From contig OX597817.1 in assembly GCA_951406725.2 (NCBI GenBank), forward strand, positions 94,798,001-94,862,000: a stretch of DNA of 64,000 nucleotides. Direction: 5' to 3'. The stretch comes from Octopus vulgaris (taxonomy: Eukaryota). The notes under the pieces were generated by a model that made no database searches, was not told the origin of the DNA, and saw nothing but the letters and a program-made list of their open reading frames with translations. Of the stretch, positions 52,480 to 64,000 are shown in pieces. The translations under genes were made by a program, and so were the position numbers. Position 1 is the stretch's first letter. Every line of letters begins with the position of its first letter.

Positions 52480-53260
52480 CATGTGCAGAACACAACGATT
52501 TAAAAATTACCATTTTCAAAGTGCTACAAAGGCGTTCAGATGGAATTGGAAACCTCTGGCAGGAATGTTTCAACTACATCAAACATTCTAAGCACCCAGA
52601 CGCTATAAGTACACAAAATTTCATCCATCGAGTTCTGAACATTATTGTTGATAGTCCCGGAAAAATCAAATAGGGTCATCTCTAAAGAATTTCAGGCGTC
52701 GGGGTGGGCTATCAGAACTGTGGGGCACGAGAACATTTGATAAAAGTCGTGTGTATTGAGGAAAGGCCACCGTTTGATCCGTGCCAAGCGGTTGCTTAAC
52801 AAGGTAAAAAAATTCTCAAAACATGGCATGGTTTGGTGCTCCTGTGATTACAAACACCGCGACAATGACCAAAAGTCTAAAAGAAGAAATGACAAATGGT
52901 TATGTGTAGATCCTTCTGGTGTCCCCAGACGAAGTTTCCAGCAACTGTAATGGTTTTAGGAGCGATGAGTAACGAAGGTCATGTCATACCACCACACATC
53001 TTGATACATTGAGGTACTTGAGACAGTTGTTAAGCCCTGGATGGATGAAGTACGCAGCAGAAGGCTTGTTCAAACAAAACTCAGCATTCTCACAAAACCT
53101 ACGAAATCCAAGAATGGATGTCATGCAATCACCTACGATAATGTAAAATTAATGTTGTGACCTACAAACTCGACAGATATAAATCCCATGTTGAATGGGA
53201 GATCAATCAATATTATCACAATGCCATAGCTTCACCGAAGGCCGTCATTGGAAAAACTGA
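52480..53260 (+). pseudogene. Tc1/mariner (DD37D-like) transposase relic
   Basis: KRLLNKVK..MVW..DQKSKRRNDKWLC, KFPATVMVLGAMSNEGHVIPP, YIEVLETVVKPWM, PTNSTDINPM. Confidence 0.75.
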
Positions 53261-53648
53261 CGGAAAGTAAAGATTTAGGAGGAAGAAATAAAAATTTCAT
53301 GGTGTCATTGAAAAGGAAGACAAGTAAACCAGCAAATGAATATATAAGTACGGTATATAACTATGTAGTTTAATAAGTGAATTACTATTGATAAAGGTAT
53401 ATATGGATTGGTATGAAATTTCTGGGTAAGTTTCAGTTTCTAATAATCTAATAAAGCGTCAGTTATACAAGGTAATATTCGGAGTTAAGCTAGTAGATAG
53501 TAAAGTTAAATCAATTGGTAGTTGGAGCTATACTTTATTCTCCTTCGCTAAAATTTTAATTTTTAATGCTTTACAGTTTAAAAAGTAGGAATATTTAGGA
53601 TGAAATAATGAGAAAGACTAAATAACAGGATACACACACACGCGCATA

Positions 53649-53682
<34 letters not shown>

Positions 53683-53710
53683 CATACATGCATACATACA
53701 TATATACAAG

Positions 53711-53862
<152 letters not shown>

Positions 53863-53869
53863 TAGTAAA

Positions 53870-55720
53870 AAGTGAAAAAACCACAGAAGGATTGTTTTAA
53901 AAGGTTAAAAAATATATTTGAGTCATTATGTCAGAAGAATGTTATAAAAATTTTCATACAGTGACATAGTTTTTGAAGAAATTACCGGTTTCGTGTTAAC
54001 TTTTCAAATTTCTCAAAACATCGTGTTATGACTTCGTTATGAAGTGTAAAGAAGAGTTCCAGGTAAGGGGAGGTAATAAGTGATTTCTTCCGGTGTAAGG
54101 GAGATAATCGCTTTATATTTCATGCCTCTTTTACTTAATGGGGTGAGTTTCTCTATATAAGAATGTTAGAGTGGTTAAGTTTGGGCTTATATTTTTCAAT
54201 GAAGAATGTTTCCTTGTTTAGTCTAATTTGTGTTGGTGTTCCAATAGCACATTGATAAAAAGGAAAGATTAAAAATTGTGGTAGTAGTTGCTTTGCGCAT
54301 TTCTCAATATGCTCACTAAAGGGTATAATTCTGTATTCTGGGAATGCAATCTGTTGTCGATGCAGTGTGCATCTACGTCTGAATGATAGTCCCGTGGACC
54401 CCACGTAGTTTTGGTGGCAGCCCGAGCATCTTATGACATAAATTGTGTTTTCAGAAGCACAAGTAAAATTAGATTTGATATTGAATTTTTGTCCCTCTTT
54501 GAAAAGGAATTCCGATCCTTCTAGAAAGTTTGGGCATGTTTGGTCTACCACATTTTTTTACTTTTGCATCCGCAATTTCAGAAAACAATTTTGCCTTTGT
54601 GAGAATCATTTTTAGTGATTTAGATTGTTTGTAGCTTTTAATGATTTTATGTATGTTTAGAATTTCCTTTAATGTGGGGTCCTTATGAAGTATTGGTAAA
54701 TTCTGGGTGATGATGGTGAAGGCTTCTTTGTTTCTAGGGTTGTATGTGGATATGTAAGGTAGTATTTTCGGGGAACGTGTGTTGTTGTGTTGAACTTTTC
54801 TCAAAGTTTCTATGTCGATTTCTGTTGCACGTCTGATCCCATCCTCTATGAGTTGAGCTGGGTAGTGTCTGTCAATTAGGGTGTTTTTTAGTTCTTGTAG
54901 TCTAAAGTTCCTGGTATTTTGTTCTGACACTATTGTGCATATCCTTCTTGCAAGGTTGAAAGGGATGTTTGTTTTAGTGTGTCTTGGGTGGCATGAATAA
55001 AAAAGTAGGTATTGTTTGGCGTCTGTGGCTTTGTAAAAAATGCCTGTTTCTCTTTTAAGGTTAATTTTTTTAATTAGTATATCTAAGAATGGAAGCTCCT
55101 TTTGGTTGTATTCCATTGTGAACTGTATATTTGGGTTGATGCTGTTCAATAGGTTTTTGAATTTTAGGAGTTTATCTGTGTTTTCATTCCAGAGTATAAA
55201 ACAATCGTCCAGGAATCGTTTCCAATTCACTTTTATGTATTGAGAGAGGGGGTTTCCAAAGGTTGATAAAGATTCCTGGTAAACAATTATTACCAGGTAG
55301 CCCATTGTTAGGTTCGCAATGACTGGTGCTGCCCTTGTACCCATAGCAATTCCGGATTTTTGATGGTAAAATGTATTGTCAAACATGAAGTGGTTATTAT
55401 GTAGGATGAATTCAACCGATTTAGTAATGAATTCTTTACTGATCCTTTTTGGTATTTCTGCTGGAAATTGGTCCAGCCAGAACTGTATTGCCTCTAGTCC
55501 ATAATTATGAGGTATACTGGTATATAAATTAACTGCACCAAATGAAACCATGATTGTTTCTTCCTTGACTTCTTTTGGAAGGTGGTTTAACATATCCAAG
55601 TCATCTCTGATATGGCTATCGATATGTTTAAGGAAGGGTTTCAGGAGGATGTCCCTAAATAGACTTAATCTGTGTGTTTCACAGGTTGGGCCAGCTACAA
55701 TGGGTCGTAGTTTTAGGTCC

Positions 55721-55722
<2 letters not shown>
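53870..55722 (-). mobile_element. PLE, 5'-truncated at (TA)n; RT ORF 54469-55599 and GIY-YIG ORF 54153-54551
   Basis: VNLYTSIP, MGTRAAP, KRFLDDCF, LPFLDI, SCHP; TIYVIRCSGCHQNYVGSTG..RCTLHRQQ; same family as 48760-51790. Confidence 0.93.
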
Positions 55723-55789
<67 letters not shown>

Positions 55790-56038
55790 AGAGTTTGTAT
55801 GTGTATGTAGGTGTGCGCATGTTCCTTATGCATTCCAAAACCGAGTTACCGAATGGGTGTGTTGTCATGTATACGTACAAAAATCAAAACATATGCATAG
55901 ATCTTTTTCGTATGCACATGTGCGTGTGTGAGAGAGAGAGAGAGAATGTGTGCGTTCTCATGTATGTGTAAGTGGCACTCAACCCGAAACATTGCATTAA
56001 AAGACATCCATTGTTCTATATATTATGAGAAAATACGA

Positions 56039-56078
<40 letters not shown>

Positions 56079-56570
56079 ACAAAAAAGACGTATGCATATG
56101 TATTTATGGCCGAATGTAAAGAATACGCACATCCGGTGTTTAGGATTAGGGTCACGCCGAAAACGGGTGGTGCACATATTCTTTACCTCTGCCTATTTAT
56201 GTATGTGTATATGAAAGTTGTGTGTGTGAGAGAGAGGGGGGAATGAATGATGCTTACACATACATGCAAAAAATTCATACATCACCACACCTTCATTCAA
56301 TCTCTCTTTTTTTCTCTGTCTCTCAAACACACGTCCATTTCATATACACGTACATCTTTCACATTCTCCTCTCTTTTACTTTCTCCTTTCACTTCAAAGC
56401 AAATGTCGCCTCTTTTCTTTATTCTCTCTTTCAATTTCTCCTCTCTTCAAAGCATAAATAAATTAAAAGAATTTTACGGAAATTAACGAACAATCATATG
56501 ATCCCATATATGTCGAGTTTAGGACTTTGTTTCTTCAAACAAAAGAATGCCATAAAATAACTTCCTTTGG

Positions 56571-56599
<29 letters not shown>

Positions 56600-56610
<11 letters not shown>

Positions 56611-57667
56611 AGGTAAAACTTCTGTGCGAATTATGTTTTCTTGCAGTGTGCACGCGCAAATTTAAAGCTCAAATCTAATTGAAATTATCTTTTGCTATTG
56701 TGTAATTTGTGTTTGTGATGAACATCTTTAAAAACCTGATCTCCAATGTAAACTTAAAAGAAAGTTTTCCCAGAAATCCTGTCCTTTACTTCTTCTTTCT
56801 AGCATGTCCAAGGTGATATTTTCGCTCCCCGCCTTATCTTTTTCTTAAATTTTTTCCGATTCCTATGTCTGCGATACTGAAGATTAGGATTTCACCCACA
56901 AAACACGTTCTCAATATTTTAATTTTCTCCCTTTCCACACCAAATTCATTTTTTACATTTTTCAAATATTTTTTCTTGGTAATCCATGGAGAAAAAACAG
57001 AGAGTACGAATCTTTAACAATTTTACCCATCACCTCACTACTTTCAAAAAGCTACAGACTCCCAATGTTCACTTTTAGCTTTATGGAAAGCGGGGAATTT
57101 TCTTCAGAAATAAAGTCGTTTACTTGTTGTTTCTAGCAAGTTGGGTTTTCAGGCGGTGGTCTGGTATTTTTAAGTTTGCTATTTCAGTAGAATTCTACGC
57201 ATGCGGGAAACATCAGGCAAAAGTGAAAGCTAGCACGTGATGGGTGAGCGAGGTGGGGAAGGGGCATTGAGTGTTTCTTTAAGAAAAATTAAACTATGTA
57301 AAATATATGTATTTTCCAGATTAGTAATCTCTATATATTTCTACGTATATAACAAAAACAAAAAAAAATTCGAAAAAGTTACAAATTAAGAAATTGCAGT
57401 GAGGATGGGAGAAAATTAAAATTTTGAAAACGTGATTTCTATATAAAATCTTATTAACGCCCTTTTATGATCCTTCTTAAGAACATAAAGCACTTTCATG
57501 CAAACCCATGCAAATTATACTCTCCCCTTCCCTTTTAAATAAACGATAACTTCCATTATGCCATCAATTAGATATCAGCTGTGCCGATTCTGCTCATAAG
57601 AAAGGAGCAAATAGTATAATGTGCCTGTAGGTCATAACACCCGGGCAACGCCGAGCTGCATTGCTAG
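56600..57667 (+). mobile_element. Non-autonomous Helitron-type element (3' end clear, 5' end uncertain)
   Basis: GC hairpin cccgggcaacgccgag (57640-57655), 8 nt, CTAG|T at 57664-57668. Confidence 0.55.
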
Positions 57668-57755
57668 TGTGTGCGTGTGTGTGTGTGTGTGTGTGTAAAT
57701 ATATATATTACAGCTAGAGAGAGGAGGAAAGGAGAGAACGCGCGTATGTGTGTAT

Positions 57756-57786
<31 letters not shown>

Positions 57787-59013
57787 TCGACACTTTTATG
57801 CGTTTGGTTGAAATGTAGGACCAATGAAGCGCTGGTGTATGCTCAACTTGCTAAAAATAACTAGTAAATTTCCCTTGAATCCCATCCTAATGTTTGTAAA
57901 AGATGGGAACCATCATGACTAGGATATCTTTATAATAGGTCCGCTTGATCATAGCTGAGAAAGGCTAACATTAACTTGAACAACAACTTCATAAACAATA
58001 CTGTTTTGGATATTTGATAATTTACTGTACATTCTAACTTCCCATTCAGGTCATTAGATTAACTTCAACTCCAATAAGTATCACACTTAAACTACCTTTG
58101 TGCTATTGGTTACACTATATTTCACAAAAATACTGGACGGCCACTGTTGGAACATCGTTGATAACCACGTCAATTTGGTTAGAACTGACCTGGAGCAAAG
58201 CGTCGACATTAAAGACGACGACGGCAATGACAAGAACAAATCAACATCATCCTTCTTTATGAACCATAGTTATGCTTTTAAATCTGTTTGATAGATCTCT
58301 GCTCATCTTCTATCATGTCTCAAAGAATATTTCTCACGTTGTTAAATATAGGTAAAGAAACATGTTTACATATTTTCAATTTCGAGTGAAAAAGACTTTT
58401 ACAATAATTTCAAAGCAAAGAACCAAAGCAAGCATATGTAAACCCATTTGATTTTCGTCAAAAAGATATCTAGTAACCGTATCACAAATTCGCTTCATCA
58501 CTGTGCCCTTTACTACATTTGTACAAATAACATCGAACGACTTAAATCGGTGCTTATCAACTCACCAACGCGGTTTGTGGTCTCAAGGAACAGTAGAAGT
58601 TTCTCAAATTATCAGTTCTAAGGAGCATTAATAGAAACAAGGAACATTGACAGAAACAAAGAAAACTTCTACCATATATATATTTGTATTTTTAACAATT
58701 TGTTACATTCCTCGTTTGCTTTGTATATTGACTCAACAATCTGTTTTTGTTGCAATATAAATATATTATAAGAATTCTTAATGAAATTCAATCAAATTTC
58801 TAAAGGTTGTAAAGGGAAATTATCTACGGTTTTTATTACATTAAGATTTATGATTAAGATATGTTATCGCATATCAGCATATATTTACACAGCTTATTAT
58901 ATATGATAAATATATATAATATATTAAGATGTGATATTGCCACTGATTAGGATCTGTTGGTCAGAAAAAGAGCATTACCGAAATAGTTTAATATTTCACC
59001 TCATTTATGACTG

Positions 59014-59166
59014 TAAGTTCGCAAATATAAAGTCAATTATTAGGGGTATCTATAAGGAGTCATTAAACTTAGCAATATCGCTTGCAAAGGCGAGCAGAAA
59101 CAGAAATTACTCAAATATAGTAGACAGCAGGCGTCCTCTCTCTTACACATAGATGCACACACATAC

Positions 59167-59256
<90 letters not shown>

Positions 59257-59584
59257 TAAAATAGAAAATAGATAAATTCCGGAAATACTCACGTTCGTCT
59301 TTTTCTTTGAAGAGTCTTTCGTCCAGGCAGTTTTTAGAGAAGACGTTTTAACACTCGGTGGCAAACATCTTGATCTTTTCTTGCGAGATTCTCGTCGACG
59401 TTGAGGCGGCTTCTGGACTTCAGGTTTGATCTCGGAATCTGTATCACTGTCGCTGTCACTGGAACTACTGTTATTATATCGGGATTGATTTTATAGTTGG
59501 TTGATTTGTTGGTTTCGATAAGATAAATAAACGAATGATTATTATAAAAGTAACCTTAAACGCATATGTATATATGTATATATG

Positions 59585-59629
<45 letters not shown>

Positions 59630-59976
59630 ATATATATATATACATATATATCATATATATATATATTATATTCAATATATATGTATATGTGTGTGCATGT
59701 ATGTATATATGTCTGTATGTTACACCCAGGCGAACATCGACGTCACCAGAAAGGCTCGACACCGTCACGGTGCCCTTAACCTGCAAAGGTTGTAATTCCC
59801 CGATGAAGCGGATAACCACACACGGATCCATGGTTTACAACCAGTATAAATTACCTATGTTAACCCTGAGCATACGTATGCATGCATATTATGTTCATAA
59901 GGTACATGCAATAACAAAAATAGTTTAGTCATTTACACTGCTAAATGATATGATGCAACTATATTAAGCCTCCATT

Positions 59977-60036
<60 letters not shown>

Positions 60037-60274
60037 TCTTTTCTTTTCTTTTATTTTATGTATCTTTCTTCTCTCTGACGAAACTCCATGTTCGAGATCG
60101 TACGTGCTATAGAATATGACGAATATTATTCTCAGAATTTTCCTTAGCAGCGCTGTCGGACATTGGAAGCAGAAGCAGCTGCTAGAGGGGATAAAGTTTT
60201 GTATTTAAAAGAAAAATAATAATCGATGGTAGTCAATTTGTTGTTGATCAAGAATTTATCTATTTTCTATTTTA

Positions 60275-60328
<54 letters not shown>

Positions 60329-60481
60329 GTATGTGTGTGCATCTATGTGTAAGAGAGAGGACGCCTGCTGTCTACTATATTTGAGTAATTTCTGTTTCTG
60401 CTCGCCTTTGCAAGCGATATTGCTAAGTTTAATGGCTCCTTATAGATACCCCTAATAATTGACTTTATATTTGCGAACTTA
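59014..60481. repeat. Near-identical inverted duplication (59014-59279 / 60252-60481) spanning a (TA)n tract
   Basis: ~155 nt of unique arm with one mismatch seen, then (TA)n, then gaataaaatagaaaatagataaattc mirrored. Confidence 0.9.
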
Positions 60482-60774
60482 TTCTACTATCGTTTCTTGA
60501 TTGACTGCTCGCAGACGACCTTAAATTTCTTAAATGTTGGTATTCTGCTTAGAAATTTCACATATTGATAATTTGTTGCTTTATCAAGTCGTTACTCACC
60601 TGTTTACCTGATTGCTTGATTGGGAGTTTTGTAACGTATTATACGATCTAACTAATTGTATTTTCCTAATGAAAGAATTGTAGCAATGCTAGATAACTGA
60701 TCTGTCTACTTTTATTGTATACACATACATATATACAAACATACGTAAATACATACATACATTTACACACACAT

Positions 60775-60814
<40 letters not shown>

Positions 60815-60819
60815 ATGAT

Positions 60820-61180
60820 AAGGGTGGTTGTAACAAATGTGTACATCATTCGCGAATGTATATCGACGAAAGATGTACCCATTGTTGAGAAAACCGAAAA
60901 ATCGGTGATTTGGGCTTAACCTATTGGGTTAAGTCGCGCTTAAGTCGTGCAGGCCTGGTCAGCCATAAAAGAAGCCATGGTAATCGACCCCTTGTAAATT
61001 ATGATACACTATTGTTGACAACAGGACATGTGCAACCAATGGAAAGGTGTGCCGTTCAGTTGGAGGATTTAAAGAACATTCTGTGGCACCGGTTCCTTCT
61101 GCCAGCCGGCACAACTGTTTATTATACAATAAAATGTGCAAATCTTTAGCGGGCCTCAAGAGTCATTTAAGAACATCATA
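60820..61180 (+). pseudogene. LINE (RTE-like) C-terminal C2H2 zinc-finger tail, decayed
   Basis: LSRAGLVSHKRSH ... CRSVGGFKEH ... CLLYNKMCKSLAGLKSHLR. Confidence 0.6.
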
Positions 61181-61390
61181 TTTCATTATCAATGATTCAT
61201 TTCAATGATTCTTTCTAGCGATGAGTATGTATGGGTGAGTGAACAAACGGAAGAAAAAGGCACCCAACACATTTAGTAGTAGTTATATGTATTATTATTT
61301 TAAAAGTTTGATTTATCGCCATGCGTGTTTAACTGATCCTCCTGGATTTTCTTTTACCCAAAACCAGGAACTTATCGGCACCGCCTCGTG

Positions 61391-61460
<70 letters not shown>

Positions 61461-61466
<6 letters not shown>

Positions 61467-62428
61467 CGTCTGGGGAGAGTCATTCTCTTTTAGTGCCTTA
61501 TTACTTAACACACACACACACCGGTAAAGTATCCACTCATTTACTTATTTATTTTCCCCAAAATTTTCGTTGCGTCTTGCAACCTTTACAATAGTCGTTG
61601 ACCCTACCCGTTATCCGAGCTGCTTCTTTTTGTTTGTTTGTGCGCATGTGTATGGGTCACTGTATGTTTTTATGTGTGTTTGCATGTGTGTGTGTGTGTA
61701 TACCTCTATCTCCTTTTGTGTGCTTGTCTGAGTGTGTCTGTGCGTGTGTACGGGTTTTTGTGACTAAGTACTGTGTCTGTATATATGGATGTGTATCTCC
61801 ATATGAGTGGATGTGTGTCTCCATATGTGTCCTTTTGTGAAGTGAAGTGTGTGTGTATATGGTCATGTGTTTCAGTCTTTATTTGCGTATGTGTGTGTAT
61901 GTGTACTTGTCTGTTCATTTTACCTATATACCTATCCGTCTATATGTCTATATATTTACATTCATCTCTATTTGCCTACATACATGTGCATATATGTATA
62001 CATACACACAAACACATACACACCCACCTACACACAACAGCCCACTAACTATTCTACCTGTATATAAATATAAACTGTGGGTATGGGGGTATAATTACCT
62101 ACTACGTATATTATCTATTTAGTACATGGGAATGTTCCATTTATGAAGACTTACTCCTGTATTTGTCTGGGGTTGGGTCCACACATTTGGAAATACACAT
62201 CCATACATACAGACACTGTACACAGTCACAGAAATCTATATACACACAGACACACTCAGACATGCACACACAAGGAGACAGATGTACACACACACATAAA
62301 AACACACAAACACAAACAAACAAACAAAAATACTTGAATATGCAGAATACGTACATACAAACGTACACACGTACATATATGCATACGCAAACACACACAC
62401 ATACATACATGCATACACACATGCATAC

Positions 62429-62459
<31 letters not shown>

Positions 62460-62758
62460 CATACATACATACATACATACATACATACATACATACATAC
62501 ATACATACATACATTTATACATACATATATGCATACATACAAACATACATAAATACATGTGTATGTGTATACGCACACACAGTGACCCCCACACATGCAC
62601 ACAAACAAATAAAAAGGTTGCAAGACGCAACGAAAATTTTAGGAAAAATAAATAAGTAAATGAATGGAAACTTTACGGATGAGTGTGTTAAATAATAAGG
62701 CACGAAAAGAGAATAACTCTCCCCAGACGCAACAAAATATGCTTCAACACACGATACT

Positions 62759-62828
<70 letters not shown>

Positions 62829-63781
62829 CGTCTGGGGAGAGTCATTCTCTTTTAGTGCCTTATTACTTAACACACACACACACCGGTAAAAATCCACTCA
62901 TTTACTTATTTATTTTCCCCAAAATTTTCGTTGCGTCTTAACCTTTACAATAGTCGTTGACCCTACCCGTTATCCGAGCTGCTTCTTTTTGTTTGTTTGT
63001 GCGCATGTGTATGGGTCACTGTATGTTTTTATGTGTGTTTGCATGTGTGTGTGTGTGTATACCTCTATCTCCTTTTGTGTGCTTGTCTGAGTGTGTCTGT
63101 GCGTGTGTACGGGTTTTTGTGACTAAGTATGTGTCTATATATATGGATGTGTATCTCCATATGAGTGGATGTGTGTCTCCATATTGTGTCCTTTTGTGAA
63201 GTGAAGTGTGTGTGTATATGGTCATGTGTTTCAGTCTTTATTTGCGTATGTGTGTGTATGTGTACTTGTCTGTTCATTTTACCTATATACATATCCGTCT
63301 ATATGTCTATATATTTACATTCATCTCTATTTGCCTACATACATGTGCATATATGTATACATACACACAAACACATACACACCCACCTACACACAACAGC
63401 CCACTAACTATTCTACCTGTATATAAATATAAACTGTGGGTATGGGGGTATAATTACCTACTACGTATATTATCTATTTAGTACATGGGAATGTTCCATT
63501 TATGAAGACTTACTCCTGTATTTGTCTGGGGTTGGGTCCACACATTTGGAAATACACATCCATACATACAGACACTGTACACAGTCACAGAAATCTATAT
63601 ACACACAGACACACTCAGACATGCACACACAAGGAGACAGATGTACACACACACATAAAAACACACAAACAAACAAACAAAAATACTTGAATATGCAGAA
63701 TACGTACATACAAACGTACACACGTACATATATGCATACGCAAACACACACACATACATACATGCATACACACATGCATAC

Positions 63782-63812
<31 letters not shown>

Positions 63813-64000
63813 CATACATACATACATACATTTATACATACATATATGCATACATACAAACATACATAAATACATGTGTATGTGTATACGCACACACAGT
63901 GACCCCCACACATGCACACAAACAAATAAAAAGGTTGCAAGACGCAACGAAAATTTTAGGAAAAATAAATAAGTAAATGAATGGAAACTTTACGGATGAG
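61461..64000. repeat. Tandem duplication (period 1362 bp) of a foldback unit of the CA-rich HHR-variant repeat
   Basis: ttgttgcgtctggggagagtc at 61461 and 62823; each unit has diverged inverted arms (61461-~61830 vs ~62170-62735). Confidence 0.92.

Noticed and set aside
60910-61180. Host C2H2 zinc-finger gene
   Set aside because: Frameshifted, no TGEKP linkers, and resembles LINE ORF2 C-terminal fingers

Overview
Repeat-saturated, AT-rich eukaryotic DNA with no convincing intact host gene. The SINE families and microsatellite load resemble an octopus/coleoid genome; this is pattern recognition and was not checked by search. Most ORF-track entries are translations of (CA)n/(TA)n/(TACA)n microsatellites. 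Real coding remnants are all transposable elements: an internally deleted Ty3/Gypsy LTR retrotransposon with both LTRs and a 5-bp TSD (178-3434), six Penelope-like element (PLE) remnants (five with GIY-YIG endonuclease, one RT only), several Tc1/mariner relics, two Helitron-type ends, many tRNA-derived SINEs and a LINE zinc-finger tail. The most striking signal is more than 15 minimal type-I hammerhead ribozyme (HHR) folds with short, mostly palindromic stem III. They lie in PLE pseudo-LTRs and in small non-coding, terminally redundant or foldback elements inserted in (TA)n tracts. Their catalytic-core pair 3-8 occurs in all four Watson-Crick states (C-G, G-C, A-U, U-A). Coordinates were counted by hand; boundaries of degraded elements are approximate.
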